A DNA stretch of 64,000 nucleotides from Candidatus Eiseniibacteriota bacterium (GCA_963792585.1 CAWBWI010000001.1:1632001-1696000); one strand, 5' to 3'; shown: positions 1 through 10,869, counted from the stretch's first letter. A program made the numbers and translations. Notes: a model not told the origin generated them from the letters alone.

Positions 1-435
1 ATAGGGCAAGAGCGGGTAGCCGGCGCGCCGCGCCGAGAGGAGAACGAGGGGCGTGAGGAGCAGGCAGACCGTGTCGTTCACGAGGAACGCCGAGAGGAGT
101 CCCGAGGCCCAGATGAGCGCGTGGAGGAGCGGGACCGGGCCGCCGCAGCGACGAATCACTTTCTCGGCGGTCCATTCGAAGAAGCCGGCGGTGTCGAGAT
201 AGGCGGTCACGATCATCATTCCGAGGAGCAGGACGATGGTATTCGGCTCGATCGCGGTCCAAGCCTCCTGGGGGGTGAGGACGCCCGCCAGCACCATCGC
301 AAACGCGCCGACGAGCGCGCCCGCGGGACGCCCCAGCGGCAGGAGCCTGAGCTTGGGCGCGGTGATGACGATGTAGGCGGCCAGGAAGATCAGAACCGCG
401 ACCCAAGGGGGCGCGCCATTGCTGGCTGTCGGCAT
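1..435 (-). CDS. ArsB/NhaD/SLC13-family anion permease, N-terminal part (runs off window)
   Basis: Not in ORF track; manual translation from ATG 435: MPTASNGAPPWVAVLIFLAAYIVIT...LGRPAGALVGA...TIVLLLGMMIV...GFFEW...LSAFLVNDTVCLLLTP, open to base 1. Confidence 0.85.
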   Translation of the reverse strand, partial: MPTASNGAPPWVAVLIFLAAYIVITAPKLRLLPLGRPAGALVGAFAMVLAGVLTPQEAWTAIEPNTIVLLLGMMIVTAYLDTAGFFEWTAEKVIRRCGGPVPLLHALIWASGLLSAFLVNDTVCLLLTPLVLLSARRAGYPLLPY

Positions 436-494
436 GGGTGCAAGGATACACCCGGTTGCAGATCGGCGCCTCGGCCGGTAGCTTCTCTTACAAG

Positions 495-1283
495 ATGCGC
501 ATTGGATACGTCCAGAACGACCCCGCCTACGGGGAGCCGGCCGCGAATCTACGTGAGATCGATGCCGCAATGGGTCCGACTCCGGCCGACCTGTGGATCC
601 TGCCCGAGCTGTTCGCGAGCGGCTACCTCCTCGGCGATCGCGGCGAGGCGGAGCGCCTCGCCGAACCGATTCCCGCCGGTCCCACGACGCAAGGGCTCCT
701 CCGAATCGCGCGCGAGCGGGGCTGCGCTCTGATCGCGGGCCTGCCGGAACGCGCGGGGTCGATGACGTACAACGCGGCGGTCGCGGTCGATCCGACCGGC
801 GTGCGAGCGGTCTACCGGAAGATCCACCTGTTCAGCCGGGAGAAGGAATGGTTCGACCCGGGAGACCTGCCCTTTGCGGTGATCGATCTGGCAGGAGCGC
901 GCGTCGGGATCATGATCTGCTGGGACTGGCGGTTCCCCGAGGCCGCGCGAACCCTCACGCTCGCGGGCGCGCAGCTGATCGCGCACCCTTCGAACCTTGT
1001 GCTGCCGCACTGCCAGGCCGCGATGGTGACCCGGGCGCTGGAGAACCGCGTCTACGTCGCGACGGTCAACCGGATCGGACGCGAGACGCGCGCGGGGTCG
1101 GATCTCGTATTCACGGGGGGTAGCAGGATCGTCTCACCCGAAGGAAGGGTGCTCAGCGATGCGCCCGCCGGCGCGGCAGCGGTGCAGGTGGTCGAGATCG
1201 ACCCTGCGCTCGCGGATGACAAATGGGCGACGCCGCAGAACGATCTCTTCGCGGACCGCCGCCCCTCTTTCTATCGGACCTAG
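495..1283 (+). CDS. Carbon-nitrogen hydrolase (nitrilase superfamily)
   Basis: E-K-C triad motifs LPELF, YRKIHLF, ICWD; RALEN motif; start trimmed to ATG 495. Confidence 0.92.
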   Translation: MRIGYVQNDPAYGEPAANLREIDAAMGPTPADLWILPELFASGYLLGDRGEAERLAEPIPAGPTTQGLLRIARERGCALIAGLPERAGSMTYNAAVAVDPTGVRAVYRKIHLFSREKEWFDPGDLPFAVIDLAGARVGIMICWDWRFPEAARTLTLAGAQLIAHPSNLVLPHCQAAMVTRALENRVYVATVNRIGRETRAGSDLVFTGGSRIVSPEGRVLSDAPAGAAAVQVVEIDPALADDKWATPQNDLFADRRPSFYRT

Positions 1284-2488
1284 TACTCCCGCAGCGCGCT
1301 CGAGTAGTTGATGCCGATCGTGACGCGCGCGAAACGCTCGCTGACACCGAGCTTCGCGTCATCTCCACGCTTGCCCAGCTCGATCGCGAGATCGAGGGCG
1401 GAGCGACCTTTGCCGCCGATCCCCCGTACGCCGAAGCTGAGCGCCTTCTCGGTGACGCGCGCGCCGTCGAGGGCGCTGAGGTACGACTCGGCCTGCGCAT
1501 ACCCGGCGCGGAAGGCGGTCTTCGGCCGCGTCCCACCGCCCGACTGCTCGATTCCGACTCCCCAGCGCGTGGCGTCATCGAACGGATGGGAGAAGGATTC
1601 TCCCGCGGAGGCGCGCAATCCCGCGCTTCCCCAGAGGACCTGCTTGTAGTCCGCGCTGACGGCGGTCCGCGGCAGCGGCTTCACCTGCACTCCGGCCGCC
1701 CACTCCGCCGGCATTTCCTGCCGTCCTTGCCATGATTCATCGAAGGCGCCCCCTTCGATGACGCGCGATTCCTGGATCAGGCGGGAACTTCCACCGAACC
1801 CGAAGCTCGCCCCGACGGCGATGCGCGGCTCGGGTCGCACGATGGCGCCAACCCCTCCGACCCAGGCGCCTGTCAACCGCCCTTCGACCTGCCTGCGGAT
1901 GATCCCCTGCGTGCCGGTCGCGAACTCGTACGCCGACTCGACCTTCACAGAGCCGACCGTGCGGCCGATCGTCGCCCCCCAATCCATGCGACCGTTCAGA
2001 GAGCGTCCGGCCAGCGTCAATTGAACTCGGTTCCAGCCGCCGGATCCTTTCGTGTGCAGCGTGTAGGCTCCGCTGTCAGCGCCGACCTCCCGGATGCGAT
2101 CGAAGGACGCGTCGGTCAGCGGGCGCATCAAGATGCCGACGCGCAGCGACGAGAAGCGGCCGGGCAAGCGGATGACGCCGCCCAACTGCGGGAGGAGGTC
2201 CTGTCGCTGCCCGTACTCCTTGCCATCGCCCTTGACCTTCCAGAACTCGCCCTGATAGGCGCCGAATCCATAGGTCAGCTCCGCGCCGGCGATCGCGGCG
2301 GGATTGACCGCTCCGGTCGCCCCGTACTCGCTGACCGCCACCGAGGTTCCACCGCGACCGAACGCCGCAGGGTCCCCTTGGTCGAGCCACCAGCCCCATC
2401 CCCCCGCGGAGAATACGGTCGCCTGCGCATGCGGGGTACAGGCCGCCAGGAGACTCGCCGCCAGAGCGATTCGCAGGCGCGCGTTCAT
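1280..2488 (-). CDS. Outer-membrane beta-barrel protein (FadL/PorV-like)
   Basis: Signal peptide, 'AFGRGG...VNPAAIA' N-terminal motif, amphipathic strands; ATGA overlap with upstream gene. Confidence 0.65.
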   Translation of the reverse strand: MNARLRIALAASLLAACTPHAQATVFSAGGWGWWLDQGDPAAFGRGGTSVAVSEYGATGAVNPAAIAGAELTYGFGAYQGEFWKVKGDGKEYGQRQDLLPQLGGVIRLPGRFSSLRVGILMRPLTDASFDRIREVGADSGAYTLHTKGSGGWNRVQLTLAGRSLNGRMDWGATIGRTVGSVKVESAYEFATGTQGIIRRQVEGRLTGAWVGGVGAIVRPEPRIAVGASFGFGGSSRLIQESRVIEGGAFDESWQGRQEMPAEWAAGVQVKPLPRTAVSADYKQVLWGSAGLRASAGESFSHPFDDATRWGVGIEQSGGGTRPKTAFRAGYAQAESYLSALDGARVTEKALSFGVRGIGGKGRSALDLAIELGKRGDDAKLGVSERFARVTIGINYSSALREY

Positions 2489-3729
2489 CGCGCACCTCCC
2501 CACGGCGGCTGCGATTCGGCTCGGAGAAAGACGATCTCGAGACTCGGCCGGTGCGCGGGATCGGGATCCTCCCGGGTCGCAACACGGATCGAACGCGGCG
2601 CCGCCAGCTCATCGGCGAACCTCACCGCCACGCCGTAGTTCGGCGCCTTCTCGTCGATCCAAGCCTGCACGAGAGGACCCACGTCGAGTTTGAGGGCGCC
2701 CAGCGATCCGTAGAACCAGTCGCTGTCGACCGCGCTCGAGGCAAGCGGGAGGGAGTCGGGCACCGCCTCCTCGGTCCAATCCTCGGTGATGTTGTAGACC
2801 GAGACCTTGGCCGAATCGAGGAACGACTCGAACTGGGGAATGCGCATCGTCGCGTTCACGATCGAGATCTGTCGCGGCAAGGCCGTGAGGTCGAAACGCA
2901 CGAGGGTCCGGGCCGGGGGGCCGGCGCCGATGCGGCTGACCGGATCCGAGGGTCCGGGAGTCGGCCGGTGGGATTTGGAGACGTAGGCGTCGGCCGTGGC
3001 CCGCGCCGTGCGGGTGGTTGTCTTCGTGCTGTCGGCGGAGAGGATCAACAAGGGAGTCGAGATCCCCACGCCGTCATCGTCCAAGATCAGGTCGTTGTGG
3101 GATACGAATGATGCAATCCCGCTGCCGCCCGCGATCGAGAGGATCACGCCTGCGTTTTGGTCGCCGTCCTGATACCAGTCGCGGATGATGTCGAAGGGAA
3201 TCGGCATGTCCTTCAACTGCGAGAACGTTCGTGGCGCGGTCCCGGTCGGCACGTTCGTGAGCCGCGCGATCACATCGGAAGTATCGATGGGCGTGTCGTA
3301 GGTTACGGTCGCTGCGGTCCACGAATCGCTTGCCCCGAGGATCCTGCGAACGACCAGGGTCACCGGCCCGCCCTGCCCGCGCCGCACGTGGAGGCGGATG
3401 TAGGCGACGCTCATCCCGGTCGTGTCGGGAATCGCGCTGAAGAGGATCAATCCACGCGCGACCGCGCTGCTGTCATTGCCCACGAGGATCGAGACCGCGG
3501 ATGAAGTCTCCCGCAGTGGACGGGTCTCGACGTCGGCGGCCGGCGCGCTGATCCGCAGGGTCTCGGGACGCGCGAAGTCGCCGCCCGCTGGACCCCGGTC
3601 GAAACCGAGCGGGTTGTCATCCTCCCCGCACCCACAGATCGAAATGAGCAGACAGACGAATACGAAATACCGAAGGGGGGTCCCACCGCAACCGAACCGG
3701 ATGGACCGCGGCCTCGAGTCCAAGCTCAT
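2485..3729 (-). CDS. DNRLRE-domain lipoprotein
   Basis: Lipobox-like ICGCG; ATADAYV, LVRFDL, VQAW..NYG, TRED..RPSLEI motifs; exact start uncertain. Confidence 0.7.
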   Translation of the reverse strand: MSLDSRPRSIRFGCGGTPLRYFVFVCLLISICGCGEDDNPLGFDRGPAGGDFARPETLRISAPAADVETRPLRETSSAVSILVGNDSSAVARGLILFSAIPDTTGMSVAYIRLHVRRGQGGPVTLVVRRILGASDSWTAATVTYDTPIDTSDVIARLTNVPTGTAPRTFSQLKDMPIPFDIIRDWYQDGDQNAGVILSIAGGSGIASFVSHNDLILDDDGVGISTPLLILSADSTKTTTRTARATADAYVSKSHRPTPGPSDPVSRIGAGPPARTLVRFDLTALPRQISIVNATMRIPQFESFLDSAKVSVYNITEDWTEEAVPDSLPLASSAVDSDWFYGSLGALKLDVGPLVQAWIDEKAPNYGVAVRFADELAAPRSIRVATREDPDPAHRPSLEIVFLRAESQPPWGGAR

Positions 3730-4026
3730 CCTTGCCTCCGCAAACTCATGATTTCGCGCAGACTACACCATGGGTGGAATCGAAGCCACTGCGGGTGGGT
3801 TGCCCCGCGATTGTCGATATCAGCCAGCGATCCCAAAACCAAAGATAGAACAATGAGTTATCGGATCGGTTCCGAATCCGGCGCGCAGGCGGCTCGGGAT
3901 TTGGGGCCGCGCGCCTCAGGCACAAGCCCGCGAACTTCAGGAAAATCGCCATGTTTGACGAATGGCATCGCGCTTGCTACTCCAGGGATTGCCGTGACGT
4001 GGGCTTGGGACGAAACGGAGGACGAG

Positions 4027-4575
4027 ATGAGTCGGGTGATCCTGCTTCTGGCGATCGCGACCCTCTGCTTGGTGGCGGCCTCCTGTACGCAGAACACGAC
4101 CACTCCGCAGATTCCCGGGTCCCCGGAGTTCCAGCGCGTCATGGATCCCTCCCCCTCCGCTTCGCCCCTCAGGCAGGGTGACGCGACGATGTCAAATGCC
4201 GCCAAGAAGGCCGAAGCCAGTCAACTCATCGCGGCCGACACCGGCGGTACCGTCAACACCGGCCGCTACACGGTCACGATTCCCGCTGGCGCCCTCGCCA
4301 CCGACACGATGATCACGGTCCAGGTGAAGGAGAACATGGGAATCGTGGGATGCGAACTCCTTCCCCACGGGATCACATTCGCCACGCCGGTCAAGCTGAC
4401 GATTAGCCTCACCGGCACCGACTACACCGGCATCGGGCCGGTCACGATCTTCTGGTATGACACGGCGCAGAAGGGGTGGGTCGACGTCGGCGGGACGTTC
4501 GAGCTCCCCACCTTTGAACTCTCGACCCAGCTGTCCCACTTCTCGACCTACAGGGCCGGTCGCTCCGGCTGGTAA
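4027..4575 (+). CDS. Lipoprotein with ZU5-like domain
   Basis: GGAGG SD, lipobox VAASC, 'GG.V...VTIPAGAL...ELLPHGITF..PV.L...HFS.Y' pattern. Confidence 0.7.
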   Translation: MSRVILLLAIATLCLVAASCTQNTTTPQIPGSPEFQRVMDPSPSASPLRQGDATMSNAAKKAEASQLIAADTGGTVNTGRYTVTIPAGALATDTMITVQVKENMGIVGCELLPHGITFATPVKLTISLTGTDYTGIGPVTIFWYDTAQKGWVDVGGTFELPTFELSTQLSHFSTYRAGRSGW

Positions 4576-4601
4576 TCCGCCCCTCAAGGAGGTGCTCCCC
4601 A

Positions 4602-4638
4602 CCGCGCCCGCCCACTCCTCCCCCCTGGGCGGGCGCGG
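4602..4638. other. 13-bp-stem intergenic hairpin
   Basis: ccgcgcccgccca-N11-tgggcgggcgcgg; no U-tract. Confidence 0.5.
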
Positions 4639-4698
4639 ACAATTCCCCCCCGCCCGTGCGAGAATGGGTTCTCGATCCCGATCGGGAGAAAGGAACCG

Positions 4699-5745
4699 AT
4701 GGCCCATCTATTCACCCCCTTCCAGATTCGCGGCCTGACGCTCCGCAACCGCATCGTCCTCTCGCCGATGTGCATGTACTCCGCCGACACGGACGGGCAT
4801 GCGCGCGACTGGCACCTCGTGCACCTCGGCGCGCGCGCGTCGGGCGGCTGCGGGCTGGTCATCACTGAAGCCGCCTCCGTCGAGCCGCGCGGGCGCATCA
4901 GCATCAACGACCTCGGCCTCTGGAACGATGATCAGATCTCCCCTCTCGCAAAGGTCGTTCAGTTCAGTCACGAGCAGGGCGCGTCGATCGGCGTGCAACT
5001 CGCGCACGCCGGACGCAAGGCGTTCTCCCCGCAGAAAGGGGAAGGGCCGCAGGCGGGCGTCGCGCCGAGCGCGATTCCGTTCGCCGAGGGATGGAAGACG
5101 CCGCTGGAGCTGCCCGTCGAGGCGATCGATGCGCTGGTCGAATCGTGGCGCGGCGCTGCGCGGCGCGCACTCGAGGCGGGGTTCGACCTGATCGAGATCC
5201 ACCACGCGCACGGATACTTGCTCCACTCGTTCTTCTCGCCGATCGCAAACCACCGCGAGGACGCCTACGGCGGATCGTTCGACAATCGGGCGAGGCTCAC
5301 GCTGCGGGTCGCGCGCGCGATCCGGGAGGTCTGGCCCGCCGAGCGCCCGTTGTTCCTGCGCGTCTCCGCGAGCGACTGGAATGCGCAAGGGATCACCCCG
5401 GCGGACTTCTCCCGACTCGCACCCGCGCTGATCGAGGCCGGCGTCGATCTCATCGATTGCTCCTCCGGCGGGATCGTCCCCGCCCCACCACCGGCGGAGA
5501 TGGTCGGGCCCGGCTACCAGGTGCCGTTCGCTTCGGAGATCCGGCGCGACGGGAGGATCCCGACGATGGCCGTCGGGCTCATCACCGGCCCTGGGCAGGC
5601 CGAGGCGATCCTCGCGGGCGGTCATGCCGATCTCGTCGCATTGGGCCGCGAGTTGCTGCGCGATCCTCACTGGCCGCTGCGGGCGGCGCGGGCGCTCGGG
5701 GTCGACATCGAGTGGCCCCGGCAGTATCTCCGCGGGAAGCCGTGA
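4699..5745 (+). CDS. NADH:flavin oxidoreductase / old yellow enzyme (NamA/YqjM type)
   Basis: LRNRIVLSPMCMYS, QLAHAGRKA, IHHAHGYLL, GRELLRDPHWP. Confidence 0.95.
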   Translation: MAHLFTPFQIRGLTLRNRIVLSPMCMYSADTDGHARDWHLVHLGARASGGCGLVITEAASVEPRGRISINDLGLWNDDQISPLAKVVQFSHEQGASIGVQLAHAGRKAFSPQKGEGPQAGVAPSAIPFAEGWKTPLELPVEAIDALVESWRGAARRALEAGFDLIEIHHAHGYLLHSFFSPIANHREDAYGGSFDNRARLTLRVARAIREVWPAERPLFLRVSASDWNAQGITPADFSRLAPALIEAGVDLIDCSSGGIVPAPPPAEMVGPGYQVPFASEIRRDGRIPTMAVGLITGPGQAEAILAGGHADLVALGRELLRDPHWPLRAARALGVDIEWPRQYLRGKP

Positions 5746-6965
5746 GTCTACGCGTCGCCCTCGTGACGCGCGCCCTGCGCTGCGGAGGCGTGTCGACCTT
5801 CCTCTTTCGACTCGGCCGGGAGCTCGCGGCACGTGGCTGCGAGGTCGAGATCGTGACGACCGAGGATCGCGGCGAGTGGTTCGATCTCGCCGCGTCGCGC
5901 GGCTTGCGCGCGCATTCGGTCGACGGAGCCGGGTGGAACACCCCCGGGCTCCACGCGCGCCGCGTTGGACGTCACCTCCGCGAGCGCGATCCCGACGCGA
6001 TCCTGCTCAATCACGCCTTCCACGCGCAGGTTGCGCTCGGAATGCTCTCCGACCGCGCCTTCGTCGTCCCGATCCTCCACAACGACATCGAGGAGATCCT
6101 CCACGTCGGCCTGGGAAACCCCATGGCGTGGAACGTGGCCGTGGCGGTAAGCCCGCGATTGCTCGATCTCGCGCGCGCGCGACGGCCCGGGCGGCCGAGC
6201 ACGATGGTCCCGCACGGGATCGAGATCCCCGAGGAGACACCGGATTGGATCGAGCGGAAGCGGGAGGCGCGGCCGCTGCAGTTGGCCTACGTGGGCTCCG
6301 TCGAGGCCGAGCGCAAGGGCGTCCTGCTCCTGCCGGAGATCCTCCGCGGCGCGCGGGATCGAGGGTGCGACGCCCATCTCACGATCGCCGGCGGAGGGCC
6401 GGATCAGCACACTCTTGCCGGACGCTTCTCCGCCCTGGGGGTGAGCGATCGGGTGGAGTGGCTGGGCGTCGTCGAACCGCGGCGCGTTGACCTGCTGCTG
6501 CAGGATGCCCACGTCCTCCTTCTCCCTTCGCGGCACGAGGGATTCGGGCTCGTCCTCATCGAGGCGCAGGCACACGGGTGCGTGCCGATCGCATCGCGGC
6601 TACCGGGGATCACCGACTTCGCCGTTGCGGACGGGAGGACCGGCTTCCTCGTCGCCCCCGGTGACGGGGCCGCGATGGTCGAGGGAATCGTCCGGCTCGA
6701 CTGCGATCGGAACATGTGGGGCACCATGGCGCGAGAAGGGGCCGAAGAGGCCCGGGTGCGATTCCCGACAGACAGGATGGGCGAGGAGTACATGCGCCTG
6801 ATCCTGGAGGGACTCGAGGGTCGCTATCCGCTCGCCGCGCGTAGAAGCGGGTTGCCGTCGATCGATCGAGATCTCCTGACCTGGCGCGACGCGCTCCCGC
6901 CCCATCTGTTGGATGCGCTTCGTCGCGTACGCGCGGCGCTTCGGCGCCTCGCGGGGTTCGCATAG
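5742..6965 (+). CDS. Glycosyltransferase family 4
   Basis: GTG start overlapping upstream stop; RKGV, PSRHEGFGLVLIEAQAHG. Confidence 0.9.
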   Translation: MSLRVALVTRALRCGGVSTFLFRLGRELAARGCEVEIVTTEDRGEWFDLAASRGLRAHSVDGAGWNTPGLHARRVGRHLRERDPDAILLNHAFHAQVALGMLSDRAFVVPILHNDIEEILHVGLGNPMAWNVAVAVSPRLLDLARARRPGRPSTMVPHGIEIPEETPDWIERKREARPLQLAYVGSVEAERKGVLLLPEILRGARDRGCDAHLTIAGGGPDQHTLAGRFSALGVSDRVEWLGVVEPRRVDLLLQDAHVLLLPSRHEGFGLVLIEAQAHGCVPIASRLPGITDFAVADGRTGFLVAPGDGAAMVEGIVRLDCDRNMWGTMAREGAEEARVRFPTDRMGEEYMRLILEGLEGRYPLAARRSGLPSIDRDLLTWRDALPPHLLDALRRVRAALRRLAGFA

Positions 6966-7028
6966 CGGCGCGTCGCATCGCGTGCAGGAGCGCCACGGGG
7001 CGAAGTCCGGGAAGCGCCGATCCAGCTG

Positions 7029-7074
7029 TCCAGAGGACCCGAGTCTCCAGATGACCCGTGTCCAGATGACCCGT
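7029..7074 (+). repeat. Three imperfect 14-bp direct repeats upstream of the SLBB gene
   Basis: tccagaggacccga (7029), tccagatgacccgt (7046, 7061). Confidence 0.7.
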
Positions 7075-7113
7075 TGCAGGCGTCCCCCCATCCCTCTAGA
7101 CTTGGCATTCCGT

Positions 7114-8370
7114 ATGAAGATGAGATCGACCCACCTGCTCTGGATCGTCCTCACGGTTTGTGTCGCGGGCGCGGCGCACGCCGCGGGCGAGGCATCGCGC
7201 GGCACCGAGTACGACTTCCTCTTCCCGCGATCGGGAGCGGGACGGGACCTGAACGGCGCCCTCCTGCAGCCCGAAATCGCTCCACCCCTCGAGCGACCGA
7301 TCGATCCGCAGGCGTACCGGATGGCCCCGGGCGATCTCGTCGAGCTCGCGGTGGGGGGCGAGGCGGACCGAACGTGGCGGCTTGCGGTGAGCACCGAGGG
7401 AATGTTGCTCCTGCCCGGATCGACCGCCATCGACGCGAAGGGCAAGAGTCTCGCCGAACTGGCCGAGGCGGTGCGCGTCGAACTGTCCTCGCGCTTCCCG
7501 GGAAAACCGATTCGCTTGAATCTCCTGCAGCCGGGCGCGTTCCGCGTGCCGGTCACCGGACAGGTGGCGACTCCGGGGATCCACCCGCTGCACGGATACG
7601 ATCGCGTGTCGGCCGCAATCGCGCTGGCGGGAGGCCCGGTCGACGGCGCGAGCATCCGGCAGATCGTGGTGACGACCGCGGATGGATCGAGCCGGACGGT
7701 GGACCTCGTCCGCTTCGCGCTGCTCGGGGAACTCGACCAGAACCCGATTCTCGAGCCGGGAATGTCGATCCAGGTGCCCGCCGCGCGCGACTTCGTCCTC
7801 GTGACGGGCGCCGTCCATGGATTGCGGGGGGACAGCCGGATCATCGTGCCCGCCACGGGCTCGCGGATTCCGGAAATGCCCACGGTGCAACTCGAGTGGA
7901 AGGACGGCGACACCGCGCGCCTCGCGATCACGCGCGCGGGCGGCCTTTCGCAGGACGCGGACGGAACGATCCTCCTGCTTCGCGGACCAGAGCGGATGAA
8001 CTTCAACATCGCCGCCACCGATACCGTGCGCCTGCAATCCGGGGATGTCCTCGAGGCGGCGGTACGGGAGCGATGGGTCTTCGTGAGCGGGGCCGTTCAC
8101 TATCCCGGCCCCTATCCTCACCTGCCGTCCTACATGGCGGCCGACTACGTGCGCCTCGCCGGCGGGCCCACCGAGATCGGACGGGGCAGCGGATGGACGC
8201 TGCAGCTGACCGGCACCGAGGAGAAGCGCAAGGTCGGTAAGGAGGCGTACGTCCCACCGGGCTCGAAGATCAACGTGCCCGAACGGTTGACCTACCGCAC
8301 CTCGACCGTGCTCGCGTCGATCAGCGGGGTCACCGCGCTCATCATCTCGCTCGTCGCGCTGACGAAGTAA
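7114..8370 (+). CDS. Polysaccharide export protein with SLBB domains (Wza-like)
   Basis: Signal peptide, YRMAPGD, repeated V.V.G.V..PG / AI..AGG SLBB motifs, C-terminal hydrophobic helix. Confidence 0.85.
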   Translation: MKMRSTHLLWIVLTVCVAGAAHAAGEASRGTEYDFLFPRSGAGRDLNGALLQPEIAPPLERPIDPQAYRMAPGDLVELAVGGEADRTWRLAVSTEGMLLLPGSTAIDAKGKSLAELAEAVRVELSSRFPGKPIRLNLLQPGAFRVPVTGQVATPGIHPLHGYDRVSAAIALAGGPVDGASIRQIVVTTADGSSRTVDLVRFALLGELDQNPILEPGMSIQVPAARDFVLVTGAVHGLRGDSRIIVPATGSRIPEMPTVQLEWKDGDTARLAITRAGGLSQDADGTILLLRGPERMNFNIAATDTVRLQSGDVLEAAVRERWVFVSGAVHYPGPYPHLPSYMAADYVRLAGGPTEIGRGSGWTLQLTGTEEKRKVGKEAYVPPGSKINVPERLTYRTSTVLASISGVTALIISLVALTK

Positions 8371-9532
8371 CTGTTTCCTGAAGGATCCCCTCGACCTGCG
8401 CGGCCGCGTGCCCCCAGGTGCGCCCCGATTCGACGAATCGTCGGCCCGCGCCGGGCGTCCCCCACGGCCAGTCCCGCAGCGGGCGTCCGGCATCGATCCA
8501 GCGCGCGCGCCAGGCGGCGATCCGCTCGGCGAGGACGATCGCGTCGCCCGAGGGAACGCACTCCCCCGCCCCAATCTCCTCGATCCACCGGTAGTACGGC
8601 ACGTCGGTGATCAGAACGGGCCGGTCGCACGCGAGATAGGCGAGGACTTTCGTCGAGATCGCATCCCCGGCCACCCGGTCGAAGGTCTCGCGCAGGAAGG
8701 GGGCGACGAGGATTTGCGCACAGGCGAGCAAGCGGTCCGATTCTTCCCGCGGCACGCCGCCGAAGAAGTGAACCGCTCCCGAGCCGGCGCGCTCCCGCAA
8801 CTCTCCCGCAATCGATCCGTCTCCCACGATCCAGAGCTCGACGTCGGGGAGATGGGCGTGCGCGACGGCGTCGACCAACGTCTCGATCCCCTGACCCACG
8901 CGAAGATTGCCCGCAAAGGCGACGATGAAGCGTTTGGGCGAGGCGCCGCGCGCGGATCGCTCCCGCACGGGATCGATCGCCGCGGGCAAATGGGTCGCGA
9001 TCGGAACGACGCGGAAGCGTCCCGCCGGCAGGTCCACCCGCTCGCGGATCGTCCTGGTGAGCCCCTCCCCGAGGGTGAGGATCGTCGTCGCGCGGCGCAG
9101 CGTGAATCGCTCTGAACGCTGCGCCAGCCGCTGAACGGCGGGACGTCCCCAGAGGGCCATCTCGTCCGGGATCGATGCATTCACCTCGACGATGAGGGCT
9201 TTGCGCAGGAGACGCGCGACGATCGCGGGGGCACAGGTGTAGAGATCCTGCCGGACATAGATCGCGTCCACACGCGAGTTGAGACAATGAGCAAGGAGGC
9301 GAAGCCCGCCGAGGAGCTCGAAGCTCCAGGGACCGAGGACCCGCCATCCGAGGAATCGAACCGGCGCCGTGTGGAAGCGCACCGGCGGCATGGGCCCCGC
9401 GGGACGCGGTGTGATGAGCGTCACATGGTGCCCGCGCTCGGCCAGCGCGTCGAGAAGACCCCGGAGATGAAGCGCGTGTCCCTGCGGCAGCGAGATGTCG
9501 ACCGCGGAGAACGCGGCGATTGCGAGGCTCAT
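8342..9532 (-). CDS. Glycosyltransferase family 4
   Basis: Start MSLAIAAF at 9532; EVNA, FAGNL..QG, STKVLAYLACDRPV. Confidence 0.85.
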   Translation of the reverse strand: MSLAIAAFSAVDISLPQGHALHLRGLLDALAERGHHVTLITPRPAGPMPPVRFHTAPVRFLGWRVLGPWSFELLGGLRLLAHCLNSRVDAIYVRQDLYTCAPAIVARLLRKALIVEVNASIPDEMALWGRPAVQRLAQRSERFTLRRATTILTLGEGLTRTIRERVDLPAGRFRVVPIATHLPAAIDPVRERSARGASPKRFIVAFAGNLRVGQGIETLVDAVAHAHLPDVELWIVGDGSIAGELRERAGSGAVHFFGGVPREESDRLLACAQILVAPFLRETFDRVAGDAISTKVLAYLACDRPVLITDVPYYRWIEEIGAGECVPSGDAIVLAERIAAWRARWIDAGRPLRDWPWGTPGAGRRFVESGRTWGHAAAQVEGILQETVTSSARRAR

Positions 9533-10869
9533 CCGCGGGTGCGGCCCGCGATCAGACCGGCGTAGAGCCAGATCCACTCGTTGGCCATCAAGTCGCCGCT
9601 GAACTGCGCGTTCCAGAAGGCGAACACGAATCCGATCAGCGCGGCCAGTGTGCGTGGATCGGCTCGCCCGCGCACGCCCCGCGCGAGCGCCGTCCCGCAG
9701 AAGCCCGCCAGCGCGGCCAGTCCCAGGAGACCGTTCTCGATCCCGACCTCGGCGATGATGTTGTGCGGGTAGGCCCGCATGTCCCCGAGGCGCATCAGCT
9801 GGCTGAATCCTCCCGTTCCGATTCCGGGGCCGAAGATGCGGCCCAACGCCTCGAAGGCGAGCTTCACGATTCCCAGGCGTTCCAGGCCCGAGGCCTCGCG
9901 CGTGACCGGCAGGATGAAGCGATCCCGCAACACCTCGGGCATCAAGAGCAGGAAGAGGAACGAGGCGACCCCGATCCCCCCGATCCACATGACCCGCCGC
10001 GACTGCGGCGACCTCTTGAAGAAGACGACCCAGAGCAAGAGGACGAAGACGATCCCGAGGGTCGGACCCCGGGAACCCGCGAGAATCGTGACCGCGATCA
10101 GCGGCGCGGCCGCGAGGAGGACCGTGCGCGTGCGCAACCGTCCCATGCCCCGGAACGCGAGCAGCGCAAAGAGCGCCAGGCCCATCGTCCGCGCGATCCA
10201 GATCGCATTGATCCCGAGCGTGTTGAGCCGCGTGGCGAAGCGGTAGTAGTGAATCTTGAGATTGATGAAGCCGGCGAGCGCGATCACGAGCGCGAAGACG
10301 ATCACGGCGATCAGGAAGGCGTCGAAACGGGCGTCCGCGCGTCGATCGTCCGGATCATGCCGCGCGGCGACCAGATAGCCCCCGACCAGCAGCAGCAGGT
10401 TCGTGATCAGATAGGAGACGACCTTCTGGTGCGCATAGTACGGCGACGGGGTCCAGGCGGAGCCCAGCCAGACGACGGCGCCGAGGCCCAGCGCCCAGAG
10501 CGCGATCGGTTCCGAGACGAGTCTCGCGGCGAGGCCGAGCGGCCGTTCGCTCCGCGCAAGGAAGACGACGAGGATCGCCGTGATGAGGACGATCCGCACC
10601 GCGTAGAAGACGGTCTCCTCTCCGTTCAACACGACATTGATCGGGTCGAGGACCGGAAGCCCGACGCCCAGGAGGGCCACGGCCCACGGGATTCTCCCGG
10701 CGAATGCGGCCCCGGCCAAGATCGCCGCGGTCAGGGCCAGAAGGGCCGGCGCGTGACGGAGGAAGGCGACCAGCACGAGGTCGGCGAAGAGCAATAGGAT
10801 CAGGCCGAACGTCAGCGCTTCGCGCGGTGGCCGGTCGGCCGTCGGCAGGATGCGGGTCGAGACGCCCAT
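9529..10869 (-). CDS. O-antigen ligase/polymerase (Wzy_C) family membrane protein
   Basis: Many TM helices, GSRG, GIGTGGF, YPHNIIAEVGIENGLLG. Confidence 0.88.
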   Translation of the reverse strand: MGVSTRILPTADRPPREALTFGLILLLFADLVLVAFLRHAPALLALTAAILAGAAFAGRIPWAVALLGVGLPVLDPINVVLNGEETVFYAVRIVLITAILVVFLARSERPLGLAARLVSEPIALWALGLGAVVWLGSAWTPSPYYAHQKVVSYLITNLLLLVGGYLVAARHDPDDRRADARFDAFLIAVIVFALVIALAGFINLKIHYYRFATRLNTLGINAIWIARTMGLALFALLAFRGMGRLRTRTVLLAAAPLIAVTILAGSRGPTLGIVFVLLLWVVFFKRSPQSRRVMWIGGIGVASFLFLLLMPEVLRDRFILPVTREASGLERLGIVKLAFEALGRIFGPGIGTGGFSQLMRLGDMRAYPHNIIAEVGIENGLLGLAALAGFCGTALARGVRGRADPRTLAALIGFVFAFWNAQFSGDLMANEWIWLYAGLIAGRTRG